In this document: piece by piece, positions 40,102 to 49,457 of the stretch
Numbering within the stretch: the stretch's first letter is position 1
How the letters are laid out: every line of letters starts with the position of its first letter
Assembly (NCBI GenBank): GCA_965217585.1
Contig: OZ244561.1
Location: 4,928,001 to 4,992,000, forward strand
Length of the DNA stretch: 64,000 bases
Source of the DNA: Candidatus Latescibacterota bacterium
GTDB lineage: Bacteria; Latescibacterota; UBA2968; UBA8231
Reading direction: 5' to 3'
Notes under the pieces: model-generated
The model's database searches: none
What the model saw: the letters and a program-made list of their open reading frames with translations, nothing else
Told to the model about the DNA's origin: nothing
Position numbers and translations under genes: made by a program

Positions 40102-40455
40102 TTACCGCGTCCCCTTTTGGGGGATGCGGGCGGCGCGACCTTTGCGACCGCGCAGGTAAAAGAGGCGTGCCCGGCGCACCCGGCCCTCGTGCAGGCGCTC
40201 AATCTTGGCGAGGCGCGGCGAGTGCAGGGGAAAGATGCGCTCGATGGCGATGCCCTGAGAGATCTTGCGCACGGTAAAGGTCTCTTGAATGCCGCTGCCT
40301 TTGCGCTGGATGACGGTCCCTTCAAAGACTTGGGTGCGCTCCTTGTCACCCTCGATGACCCGCACGTGTATGCGCACGATGTCACCGGCACCGAATTCGG
40401 GGAGATCGGTTTTGAGTTGGTCCGAGGTTAGCTCGCGCAGGATGCTCGTATCCAT
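40102..40455 (-). CDS. rplS: 50S ribosomal protein L19
   Basis: EGDKERTQVFEG, TFTVRK, GRVRRARLFYLR. Confidence 0.97.
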   Translation of the reverse strand: MDTSILRELTSDQLKTDLPEFGAGDIVRIHVRVIEGDKERTQVFEGTVIQRKGSGIQETFTVRKISQGIAIERIFPLHSPRLAKIERLHEGRVRRARLFYLRGRKGRAARIPQKGTR

Positions 40456-40471
40456 TGTATCACCTTGTTTG

Positions 40472-41212
40472 TTACGGGGCTTCTTCCAGCCCTTGCTCGT
40501 GCCAAGTGGCGATGAGCTGTTGTTCTTCTTCGTCGAGTTCGATCTGTTGCAGCAAATCGGGCCGGCGCACAAACGTGCGCCGCAGGGCTTGGCGTCGCCG
40601 CCAATGCGCTACGCGCTCGTGATCGCCCGAAAGCAGCGCATCGGGGACGCGCTGGCCGCGGAATTCAACCGGTCGAGTGTACCAAGGGCAATCGAGTACG
40701 ATCTCTTGGAACGAGTCGTCCAAGGCCGAAGAAAAATTGCCCAAAACGTTGGGTATGAGCCGCACCACAGCGTCGATGAGGACGAGGGCGGCCGGCTCGC
40801 CGCCGGTGAGCACGTAGTCGCCGATCGAAATTTCTTGGTCGATAAGCCCGGTGCGGATCCGCTCGTCCACGCCTTTGTAATGCCCGCACAACAGCACCAA
40901 TCGCTCCTCGAGCGCCAGCTCGACGGCGAGGGCTTGGTTGAGCGGCTGGCCGTCGGCTGTCAGGTAGATACAGCGACCGGCCGCTAAGCTCTGCTCCTGC
41001 CAGAGCTGATACACGGGCTCGGGCTTGAGGACCATGCCGCCGCCGCCGCCGTAAGGCGCGTCATCCACGGTGCGGTGTTTGTCGGTGGCGCAATCACGCG
41101 GATCGTGGGTCTCGACGGCCAACAGGCCCCGGGCGATTGCGCGGGCCATCATGCTGGTCGCCAACGGCGAGGCGAAAAAATCCGGGAAAAGGGTTACGAT
41201 GTCTATTTTCAT
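40472..41212 (-). CDS. trmD: tRNA (guanine37-N1)-methyltransferase
   Basis: VDDAPYGGGGGM, SIGDYVLTGGE, YTRP. Confidence 0.97.
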   Translation of the reverse strand: MKIDIVTLFPDFFASPLATSMMARAIARGLLAVETHDPRDCATDKHRTVDDAPYGGGGGMVLKPEPVYQLWQEQSLAAGRCIYLTADGQPLNQALAVELALEERLVLLCGHYKGVDERIRTGLIDQEISIGDYVLTGGEPAALVLIDAVVRLIPNVLGNFSSALDDSFQEIVLDCPWYTRPVEFRGQRVPDALLSGDHERVAHWRRRQALRRTFVRRPDLLQQIELDEEEQQLIATWHEQGLEEAP

Positions 41213-41718
41213 GGCTCGAATAGCTCTTCAACGCCCCGCACGACGACCCGACCCGGCGCGATTTCTACGATAAAGTCCCCGACGGCCGGCACGAGGGCTT
41301 CGCCTTTGGTGCCGCGGACTACGTAGGCATCTGTGCTCGGCATGGATACGACCTCGACGATGCGGCCCAATGGTTGTCCCTCCGGGCTGACGACCGCGCA
41401 ATCCACTAGGTCGTCGATGTAGTGCGTGCCTTCTGGCAGGGGATCGCGCTGATCTGGAGCGATGGTGACATAGCCTCCGACCAAAATTGAACGCGCCTCT
41501 TCAGGGGCGTCGATGCCAGCGAATTTGAGCAACAAGCTCTTGGCATCGACGCGCCAGCGCTCAAGTTCGAGCGGTCGGTCGGGTCGGCCCGCGCATTGGA
41601 GGACGACGTCCCGCAGGTCGCTGAAGCGCTCGACGCGGTGCGTGAGGGCCTCGGCCCGGACTTCGCCGCGCACCCCCCACGGGCGGGAGATATAGGCTAC
41701 GGCGACGCGCCCGGCCAT
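41209..41718 (-). CDS. rimM: Ribosome maturation factor RimM
   Basis: PWGVRGEV, LPEGTHYIDDLVD; lies between rpsP and trmD. Confidence 0.92.
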   Translation of the reverse strand: MAGRVAVAYISRPWGVRGEVRAEALTHRVERFSDLRDVVLQCAGRPDRPLELERWRVDAKSLLLKFAGIDAPEEARSILVGGYVTIAPDQRDPLPEGTHYIDDLVDCAVVSPEGQPLGRIVEVVSMPSTDAYVVRGTKGEALVPAVGDFIVEIAPGRVVVRGVEELFEP

Positions 41719-41731
41719 GCGGTTTGTCCCT

Positions 41732-42097
41732 CTAGGCCTCTTGCTCTTGATCGGCTGGTTCGGCTGGTTCAACTGGCGTAGCGGCCGCGTTCTTGCGTCG
41801 GCGCTTGGGCTTGTCGCGGGAGAGGGCGTCGTCGCGCACCCGGCCCTCCGCACCCTTCCAGCGGGCCAATATCCCTTGGCTGTCGAAGAGGTTGGCGACG
41901 GTCTCGCTCATCTGTGCGCCTTTATTGAGCCACTCTATGGCGCGCTCTTCGTCGATTGTAACTCTGGCGTGCAGGGGGTCGTAGAGACCCACCTCCGCGA
42001 TGGCGCGGCCATTGCGGGCGACGCTGAAGTGGGTGGCGACGATCCGGTAGTAAGGCTGTTTGCTTTTGCCTATTCTCTTAAGGCGAAGTTTGACCAA
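41732..42097 (-). CDS. rpsP: 30S ribosomal protein S16
   Basis: VKLRLKRIGKSKQPYYRIV, GLYDP, WLNKGAQMS; TTG start with AAGGAG. Confidence 0.95.
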   Translation of the reverse strand: MVKLRLKRIGKSKQPYYRIVATHFSVARNGRAIAEVGLYDPLHARVTIDEERAIEWLNKGAQMSETVANLFDSQGILARWKGAEGRVRDDALSRDKPKRRRKNAAATPVEPAEPADQEQEA

Positions 42098-42122
42098 TGC
42101 TATTCTCCTTGGCGAAGGATGC

Positions 42123-43451
42123 CTAGCCCACAAGGGGCATTCTTATCTTCGAGCGGCCGCCTTTGGCGCGGCCCATCTGCCTGATCATTTTCTGCATCAT
42201 CTGAAATTGCTTGACTAGCTGGTTCACATCTTGGACGGTCGTGCCGCTGCCACGGGCGATGCGCTTGCGACGGCTGCCGTTGAGAATTTTGGGTTGGACG
42301 CGCTCTTGGCGAGTCATGGAGTTGATGATGGCCTCGACCTGGGTGAACGCGCCGTCGTCGAGCTGCATGTTCTTGGCGGCCTTACCGCCTCCAGGAATCA
42401 TGCCCATGAGCTGGTCGAGAGGCCCCATGCGGCGCACCGCTTGCAACTGCGAGAGAAAATCCTCAAAAGTGAAAGAGGCCCGGCGGAGCTTTTCTTCTAG
42501 CTGTTTGGCCTTGTCGCGCTCCATGGCCTGCTCGGCCCTTTCCACGAGCGAGACAATGTCGCCCATCCCGAGGATCCGGGAGGCCATGCGGTCGGGATGA
42601 AAAGGCTCTAGGTCTTCGATTTTCTCGCCGGTGCCGACGAATTTGATCGGCCGGCCGGTGACGGCGCGGACCGACAGCGCGGCCCCACCGCGGGCATCGC
42701 TGTCGAGCTTGGTCAGGGCACAGCCGGTAAACGCGAGGCGCTGGTTAAAGCGGGCGGCGGTTTCCACGGCGTCTTGGCCCTGCATGCTGTCGGCGACAAA
42801 GAGGATCTCGTGCGGCTCAACGGCCTGCTGGATGCGATCCAACTCGTCCATCATCTCTTCGTCGATGCTCAGGCGGCCCGCCGTGTCTATGAGCGCGACG
42901 CTGCGATGAGTCTGGCGGGCTTGGTCGATGCCACGGCGGCAGATGGCGACCGGATCAACGCCCGCAGGTTGGCTGAAGACGGGTACGTCGATAGAGACCC
43001 CCAGCGATTGGAGCTGGGCTACGGCGGCCGGGCGATATACGTCGGCGGCGATCAACAGCGGTGGCCGCCCTCTTTCCTTGAACTGGCGGGCCAGCTTGGC
43101 GGCCATAGTCGTCTTGCCACAGCCCTGCAGACCGACGAGCATGACGACGGTGGGGGGGTGCTCGGCGAGGTTGGGTGGGCTGTTGCTGCCCCCCAGCAAG
43201 GCGACGAGCTCGCTGTGGACGATTTTGACTAGCTGCTGGCCCGGGGTCAGGCTCTTGAGGACGTCTTGGCCGAGGGCCTGCTCTTTGACCCGCTGAATAA
43301 AGTCCTTGGCGACCTTGAAGTTGACGTCGGCTTCGAGCAGAGAGCGGCGAATCTGGCGCAGGGTATCGTCGATGTTGCGCTCGGTGATACGCCCCTGCCC
43401 GCGGAGCGAGCGGAAGAGGTCGTCAAAGCGTTCGCTGAGTCGGTCAAACAT
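42123..43451 (-). CDS. ffh: Signal recognition particle protein
   Basis: LLEADV, GLQGCGKTT, DTAGR, RILGMGD, M domain. Confidence 0.97.
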   Translation of the reverse strand: MFDRLSERFDDLFRSLRGQGRITERNIDDTLRQIRRSLLEADVNFKVAKDFIQRVKEQALGQDVLKSLTPGQQLVKIVHSELVALLGGSNSPPNLAEHPPTVVMLVGLQGCGKTTMAAKLARQFKERGRPPLLIAADVYRPAAVAQLQSLGVSIDVPVFSQPAGVDPVAICRRGIDQARQTHRSVALIDTAGRLSIDEEMMDELDRIQQAVEPHEILFVADSMQGQDAVETAARFNQRLAFTGCALTKLDSDARGGAALSVRAVTGRPIKFVGTGEKIEDLEPFHPDRMASRILGMGDIVSLVERAEQAMERDKAKQLEEKLRRASFTFEDFLSQLQAVRRMGPLDQLMGMIPGGGKAAKNMQLDDGAFTQVEAIINSMTRQERVQPKILNGSRRKRIARGSGTTVQDVNQLVKQFQMMQKMIRQMGRAKGGRSKIRMPLVG

Positions 43452-43530
43452 GGGCCGATGCGTCGAGTGGTAGAATGGGACAAAGAAGCTAAAATATAAA
43501 TTAATATATAGATATGGCAACAGAAGCAGG

Positions 43531-44181
43531 TCAGCCGCGCAGGTCGGCGATAACGCGGGCAGGGTCTTGAGCGCCGAAGACGGCTGACCCAGCCACTAAG
43601 CTCTGGGCGCCGGCTTGGCGGCAGGCGGCCGCGTTGCCGGGATGGACCCCGCCGTCGATGCCGACGGGTATGTCTAGCCCACGACGCGCGATTTCCGCGC
43701 ACAGGTCGTGAATTTTGTCAAGGGCTGCGGGCTGGAAGACTTGGCCGCCAAATCCTGGCTCCACGGACATGACCAAGGCCGAGTCGAGCTCGTCGAGATA
43801 GGGGTAGAGGGCGGAGACGGGCGTGCTTGGATTGACCGCGAGGCCGCATTGGAGACCGTGCTGACGAATGGCGTCGAGTACGGTCGGAAGGTCGGATTCG
43901 ATTTCCACGTGGACCACGAGCGAGTCCGCGCCCGTCTCTTTGAAGGGGCCGATAAAGGGCAAGGGATCTTGCAACATCAGGTGCGTGTTGAGTTCGAGAC
44001 GGGTGGTTTGGCGCACGGCCGCGACGACCGGTAGCCCAAAGCTGATGTTGGGGACGAAGTGCCCGTCCATTACGTCGAGATGAAGAAAGTCAGCTCCTCC
44101 GCGTTCGACGCGTTCGATGTCCTCGGCTAGGCGGGCGAAGTCGGCGGCCAAGAGGGAAGGGCCGATGCGCGTGGCGTTCAT
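43531..44181 (-). CDS. rpe: Ribulose-phosphate 3-epimerase
   Basis: PSLLAADF, HLDVMDGHFVPN, MSVEPGFGGQ, IDGG. Confidence 0.97.
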   Translation of the reverse strand: MNATRIGPSLLAADFARLAEDIERVERGGADFLHLDVMDGHFVPNISFGLPVVAAVRQTTRLELNTHLMLQDPLPFIGPFKETGADSLVVHVEIESDLPTVLDAIRQHGLQCGLAVNPSTPVSALYPYLDELDSALVMSVEPGFGGQVFQPAALDKIHDLCAEIARRGLDIPVGIDGGVHPGNAAACRQAGAQSLVAGSAVFGAQDPARVIADLRG

Positions 44182-44951
44182 GGTTCCTCCCAGTTGTCGA
44201 AGGCGTCCGGTTCCGGGGGCGGTGGTGCGGCGCTGACGACGAGGTCGATGCGGCTGCGGCGCGGGATGCGCTGCTCGCTCATAGGTGCTTGCGCCAAGAC
44301 CGTGCCGACGGGTTTTTGCGCGTCAATGCGCTTGGCGATGTGGCCGATGCGCAATTCGTATTTGCGCAAGGTGTCCTCTACAACCCCGATGGACAGGCCG
44401 ATTAGATGCGGGACGCGCTTGAGGGCCGCGGACGGGCCGTTGCTAATCTGTAAGTCAATCGCGCTGCCGCGGGCGAGTTGGGCACCCGGGGGGGGCGACT
44501 GCCCGACGACAGCGCCCTCGGGGAGGGCATCTGAGGAGCGGTAGAGGATTTGGCCGATCTTTAGCTGGTTTCCCTCTAGTTGCAAACGCGCCTCGCGGAG
44601 GCTGACGCGGCGCACGTCGGGAACCTCGTAGTAGCGCGGCCCTTTGCTCACGGTCAAGACGATGCGCCGCCCCTTTTTGACCAATTGCCCAACACTTGGA
44701 TTTTGATCGACGACCGCGTCGGCTGGGATGGTCTCGTGGTGCAGCGAATCACCGATGGTCATCTTCAGCCCCTCTTCCCCGAGGCGGGCGGATGCTTCGG
44801 GCGCAAAAATGCCTTGGAGGTCGGGTACTTGGACGCTGGGCGTGTCAACGACGTAAGGCATGATGATCTCGTCGAGCAGGACGAGGGCGATGATGCCAGC
44901 GAGGAGTGCGGCCGCCGCGAGCAGGCCCAATTGGTGGAGGATGTTTTTCAC
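44178..44951 (-). CDS. PASTA domain protein
   Basis: TM helix plus three VP(D/H)..G/S...V..Q.P repeats; start (GTG) inferred. Confidence 0.85.
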   Translation of the reverse strand: MKNILHQLGLLAAAALLAGIIALVLLDEIIMPYVVDTPSVQVPDLQGIFAPEASARLGEEGLKMTIGDSLHHETIPADAVVDQNPSVGQLVKKGRRIVLTVSKGPRYYEVPDVRRVSLREARLQLEGNQLKIGQILYRSSDALPEGAVVGQSPPPGAQLARGSAIDLQISNGPSAALKRVPHLIGLSIGVVEDTLRKYELRIGHIAKRIDAQKPVGTVLAQAPMSEQRIPRRSRIDLVVSAAPPPPEPDAFDNWEEP

Positions 44952-44958
44952 GATGCGA

Positions 44959-45023
44959 AACGCTTTATCCGCTGACCCGAAGGGGCAGTGCAACGCTTTA
45001 TCCGCCGACCGAAGGGTCGGTGC
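44959..45023. repeat. Tandem pair of 32-33 bp hairpin-containing repeats
   Basis: AACGCTTTATCCGCTGACCCGAAGGGGCAGTGC followed by AACGCTTTATCCGCCGACCGAAGGGTCGGTGC. Confidence 0.7.
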
Positions 45024-46329
45024 CTTTGCGGATGCGCGCGGCAAAACTGCCGTCGCCGGCGTGTTGGCCCGGTATGGTCAATACATAGCGGCCGGCCCAA
45101 GGCTGGGCGGGAAAGTGGGCATCGGCGTGCTCCAGCCGCGCGGTTGGGGTCTGCTTTAAGAAGCGCTCGACAACGGCCTCGTTTTCCTCTTCCTCTAAGC
45201 TACAGGTGCTATACACCAAGATACCACCGGGCCGCAGGTGCTCATAAGCGCGTTGGATGAGCACCTGTTGCCGCGCCGTCAATGCCGCAAATTCGGCGGG
45301 TTTACGCCGCCAGCGGGCGTCCGGTCGCCGCCCCAGTACGCCGGTAGCACTGCAGGGCACATCGGCGAGGACTCGGTCGAAGGTGCCGCACCCAGAGGTT
45401 GTGCCGTCGCGGGCTACTGGGCGGATGGAGCGCAGGCGCAGGCGCCGGGCGTTTTCGCGCACTCGATCCAGCCGCGGCAGCGAAATGTCGGCGGCTACGA
45501 CCCAGCCGCGGTCGGTCATGGCGATGGCGGCTTGCACGGCCTTGCCGCCGGGCGCGCTGCACAGGTCGAGCAAGCGTTCGCCTGGCTGCGGGTCGAGCAG
45601 GGCCACGGCCAAGCCGGCGTTGGGGTCTTGGACCTGAAACTGCCCCTGCTGGTAGGCGCGTGAGGCAAAGAGATCCGCGCCGTTTGCCGCTCGGTAAAAG
45701 CCCGGCCTCGACCCGACCGGTGCTAAGTCGAGTTCGGCGGCCAGCTCGCGACTGGCGCGCAGCGGATTGAGGTAGATGTTGAGTGCGGCGGGCTGGTTGT
45801 TGGCTATGAGCAAATGCTCGGCGATTTCGCGGCCCCAGCGGCCGACCCAGCGTTCGACCAACCACTCGGGATGGGAGTGGTACACCGCTAGGTAGCGCGT
45901 CGGGGTCTGCTGCTGATCGGGATAGCGCACCCGCGCACGTTGCCGCAACAAGTTGCGGAGCACGGCGTTGACCAGTGAGGCTATGCCTTGGTGCGTCAAG
46001 TGCTTGGCTAGCTCGACCGAAGTATGGACGGCCGCGGAATGGGGCACGCGGTCGAGCCAGAAGAGTTGATAGGTCCCGAGGCGCAGGATGTGGCGGGCCC
46101 AGGGCGAGAGTTGGGCGACCGGGCGCGCACAGCAGGTGGCGATGATCCAATCGAGCCGCTTCTGCCACCGCACCGCACCGAGGACTAGCTGGCGGGCGAA
46201 ACGCACGTCGCGGTTGGTCGGCAAGCTCGCGTCGAGGGCTTGCAGCAGTTGGTCGAAAGGCTGGGCCTGCTGCTCTAGGTCGTGGAGGAGGCGAGCAGCC
46301 GCAAGGCGGGCTGGGTCGGGAGGGCGCAC
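44998..46329 (-). CDS. rsmB: 16S rRNA m5C967 methyltransferase (Sun/RsmB)
   Basis: NusB-like N-terminus, DLCSAPGGK, DVPCSATG, YSTCS. Confidence 0.93.
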   Translation of the reverse strand: MRPPDPARLAAARLLHDLEQQAQPFDQLLQALDASLPTNRDVRFARQLVLGAVRWQKRLDWIIATCCARPVAQLSPWARHILRLGTYQLFWLDRVPHSAAVHTSVELAKHLTHQGIASLVNAVLRNLLRQRARVRYPDQQQTPTRYLAVYHSHPEWLVERWVGRWGREIAEHLLIANNQPAALNIYLNPLRASRELAAELDLAPVGSRPGFYRAANGADLFASRAYQQGQFQVQDPNAGLAVALLDPQPGERLLDLCSAPGGKAVQAAIAMTDRGWVVAADISLPRLDRVRENARRLRLRSIRPVARDGTTSGCGTFDRVLADVPCSATGVLGRRPDARWRRKPAEFAALTARQQVLIQRAYEHLRPGGILVYSTCSLEEEENEAVVERFLKQTPTARLEHADAHFPAQPWAGRYVLTIPGQHAGDGSFAARIRKGTDPSVGG

Positions 46330-46332
46330 GGC

Positions 46333-47541
46333 TCAGCGCAAGAGGAGCATGGTGCGGTGCAGCTCGGCCGAATCCGTCCGCAGGCGGTAGATGTAGAGGC
46401 CGCTGGCCGCGGGTGCGCCGGTTGCCGACTGGCTATCCCAGTGGACCACATGCCGCCCCGAGGGCGTGCTCGCCGCAAAGGGCGTGGCCACCTTTTGACC
46501 CATTAGGTTGAAGATGTCGATTTGGGCAAAGCGAGGCCCTCCCGCGGGGATGGCGAAGGGGATAGAGGTGCCGGCGTTAAAGGGATTGGGGTAGTTCGCC
46601 GCGAGGGTGAGTTCGCGCGGCAAAGCGAGGCCGGACGGCTCTGAGATGGAAGTGGAAATGCCCCCCCATACTACTTGGCTTTCTGCACACGAGCCTTCGG
46701 CGCAGGTATTGAAAACGAGCGTGGTCTCCTGTTCGGCGTCGAGGAGCAGGTAGGTCTGGCCGCGCTCGTCGCTGGTGGTCGTCACCTGCTGGGCCGCGCC
46801 GGCCGGGATGAGGATGGCCTCGCCGTTGACGAACGCATATACCGGGCCTGCGCCGGAGTTGGCAATGTCCCAAGTAAAGGCCGCGCCAGCGCGGAAGTGC
46901 CCAGCCTGCAAGAGGCGCGCTGACACGAGGATTTCGCCTGCACTGGCGTCGGCCAAGCCGCCGGTAGCGGTCGCAGAAAGGGAGTGGTTTTGCCCGGCCG
47001 AGCGGAAGAAGATACCTTCCGGCAAAGCCTGCCCCTCGGCGTCGCAGTAATTGCGCAAGAACGCGACTTGGGGGCGGATGTCGTCGCGCTCAGTAAAAGA
47101 AGGACCGAGCGACACCACGTCGAGGTAGATGTCTATGGGCGTGGTGGGGCTGATGGAGTCGGCCAAGGTGAACGCCATGTTCACAAGATGTCCCTCGCCC
47201 GCTATCCCAGCGCCGCCGAGGGTCGCTATGCCCCATTGGGCGGTCTGGCCTGCTATTTGCGGTGGTCCCGGGGTGACAAAGGAATTGGCCCTCGCCGTCT
47301 CGCCTAGCGCGCCCGTGATCGCGGCGATGGCGTCGGCCGGCTCCCAGCTAAACTCGAATTTGACTTGGCGCACGCTGCTCATGTTGCGCGCCGATACGCT
47401 GAACTCCACGGTGCTATTGGCTGCAAACCCGCAGAAGGGGCCTTCTTCGCCGATGAGGATTTCGGCTGCTGCGTTGGGGCCAGCGGCCGCGAGGCGGGGC
47501 AACGCAGCGACACTTAAGAGGGCTATATACCAGAGGAACAT
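46333..47541 (-). CDS. Secreted protein with C-terminal FlgD-Ig/sorting-type domain
   Basis: Signal peptide; NYPNPFN...IFNLMGQKV...ASGLYIYRL...MLLLR. Confidence 0.8.
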   Translation of the reverse strand: MFLWYIALLSVAALPRLAAAGPNAAAEILIGEEGPFCGFAANSTVEFSVSARNMSSVRQVKFEFSWEPADAIAAITGALGETARANSFVTPGPPQIAGQTAQWGIATLGGAGIAGEGHLVNMAFTLADSISPTTPIDIYLDVVSLGPSFTERDDIRPQVAFLRNYCDAEGQALPEGIFFRSAGQNHSLSATATGGLADASAGEILVSARLLQAGHFRAGAAFTWDIANSGAGPVYAFVNGEAILIPAGAAQQVTTTSDERGQTYLLLDAEQETTLVFNTCAEGSCAESQVVWGGISTSISEPSGLALPRELTLAANYPNPFNAGTSIPFAIPAGGPRFAQIDIFNLMGQKVATPFAASTPSGRHVVHWDSQSATGAPAASGLYIYRLRTDSAELHRTMLLLR

Positions 47542-47627
47542 GTAATTTTCCTGAGTGATTAAGTTCAAAAAGTACAGCGAACAAATGTACACAACACTAG
47601 CGTCTAGGCAAGCACGTCGGCTGCGCC

Positions 47628-47655
47628 TTGACCGAGTTTTGTCGCGTTTTATTAT
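47628..47655 (+). promoter_or_regulatory. Sigma70-like promoter for recJ
   Basis: TTGACC-16 nt-TATTAT. Confidence 0.45.
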
Positions 47656-47721
47656 TGTCTAAGCCGATTGTCTAAGCCGAGTCATGCCAACCCCCATATA
47701 GGTGGATTATCTAAAATAATT

Positions 47722-49401
47722 ATGCGCCGTTACCCGGTCTGGAATGTCATCCGCGACGACCCGTACGATAGCTTAATTGATGCCCTACTCGCCGGCCGCG
47801 GTCTGACCCGCGCTGAGCTACAAGTCGGCCCCGCAGCCCTGCATCCGCCCGAGCAAATGCAGGACATGTCAACGGCGGTTGCGCGCCTAGAACGCGCCGT
47901 GCGCATCCGCGAGAAGATCGTCGTGTACGGCGACTACGACGTCGACGGGGTTTGCAGCACCACCGTGCTGATGGATTTTCTCGAGCACGTGGGTGCCGAC
48001 TGCGACTGCCTCTTGCCCGATCGCCACAAGGACGGGTACGGCCTCAAGCCGCCCGGGGTCGAGCACGCCATAGCAAAGGGTGCGCGCGTCATCGTCACGG
48101 TTGACAATGGCATTTCAGCCTATGATGCCCTAGAGCTGGCCGCGGTGCGCGGCGTGGAGGTCGTAGTAGTCGATCATCACCAGCAACTCGCCGAACTGCC
48201 GCGCGCCCTTGCCATCGTCAACCCCAATCGCCGCGATTGCGCGTATCCTTTCAAGGATTTGGCCGGCGTCGGCGTCACCTTCAAGCTGGTGCAGGCCCTC
48301 AGCGAAGCCTTTCTCACCGGCGAGGAGCGCCGCCGCTATCTCAACGAATTGCTCGATCTCGTGGCCTTGGGGACGGTGGCCGATCTCGTGCCTGTGCTAG
48401 GGGAGAATCGCCTATTCATTCAGCGCGGCCTGCAGATCCTCCAGCGCACCAATCGCCTCGGGCTGCGCGCACTCAAGAGGGTGGCTAGCTACCGAGACCA
48501 GCCCCTCGATGCCGCCAGCTTGAGCTTTCGCTTGGGGCCGCGGATCAATGTCGCTGGCCGCTTGAAGACGCCCGATATAGCGCTGCGGCTTTTGCGCTCC
48601 GAAAACGAGGGGGAGGCCGCGCAGTTGGCCGACGAACTCAACAAGCTCAACTCCCAGCGGCAGGCTTGGCAGCGCGACGGCATACGAGAGGTCGAGGAAC
48701 AGGTCGGCCCGGAAGAGCACGTGGAGGACCACATCATCGTGGTGCTGGGGGAATGGAATGTGGGGATCGTCGGCCTGTTGGCCAGCAAGTTGTGCGAAAA
48801 ATACGCCCGCCCCGCCGTCGTGTGTACCCAAGGCGGCGACCAGGGCCTCTGCGTAGGCTCGGCCCGCAGCATCCCGTGCTACGACATCAGCGAGGGAATC
48901 CACGCCTGCGAAGAGTACTTGCAGACGCATGGTGGTCATCCGGCTGCTGCGGGTTTTTCGCTCGCGGCCGACGCCTTTGAGAGCTTTCGCCTCGCGCTGA
49001 TCGGGCACGCCAACGCCCACATTAATCCTGAGGCGCTGCAACCCGTCTTGGACATCGACCTGATGCTCAAGCCGGCCGATTTGACGCTGGATACAGTAGA
49101 GCAACTCGCCGCACTAGAGCCTTTTGGCAACGGACACCGGCGTCCGGTTTTTGTCCTAGAGGACTGTCGGGTCGTTTGGTCACGGCAGATCGGCACCGAC
49201 GGCCTCCACTTCAAGGCCGAATTGGAGGTGGAGGGCCGCCGTTGTACTGCGCTGTGGTGGAACCAAAAAGACCTCGCGGAAAAGGTGCAGCCGGGCGACC
49301 GGCTGAGCGCAGCTTTCGAGCTGGAGGCAGACACGTATACCGGCAACGGTGCCGTGCAGATGGTCATCAAGGACTTGTACTTGCGGGAGTCGGTGGCTTA
49401 G
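47722..49401 (+). CDS. recJ: ssDNA-specific exonuclease RecJ
   Basis: GDYDVDG, TVDNG, DHH, GSARS, GGHPAAAG. Confidence 0.96.
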   Translation: MRRYPVWNVIRDDPYDSLIDALLAGRGLTRAELQVGPAALHPPEQMQDMSTAVARLERAVRIREKIVVYGDYDVDGVCSTTVLMDFLEHVGADCDCLLPDRHKDGYGLKPPGVEHAIAKGARVIVTVDNGISAYDALELAAVRGVEVVVVDHHQQLAELPRALAIVNPNRRDCAYPFKDLAGVGVTFKLVQALSEAFLTGEERRRYLNELLDLVALGTVADLVPVLGENRLFIQRGLQILQRTNRLGLRALKRVASYRDQPLDAASLSFRLGPRINVAGRLKTPDIALRLLRSENEGEAAQLADELNKLNSQRQAWQRDGIREVEEQVGPEEHVEDHIIVVLGEWNVGIVGLLASKLCEKYARPAVVCTQGGDQGLCVGSARSIPCYDISEGIHACEEYLQTHGGHPAAAGFSLAADAFESFRLALIGHANAHINPEALQPVLDIDLMLKPADLTLDTVEQLAALEPFGNGHRRPVFVLEDCRVVWSRQIGTDGLHFKAELEVEGRRCTALWWNQKDLAEKVQPGDRLSAAFELEADTYTGNGAVQMVIKDLYLRESVA

Positions 49402-49457
49402 GGTCAGAGGGGGCGGCTTCCCGTAGAATTGAACTTAACAAAATAGAGAATACCAAC

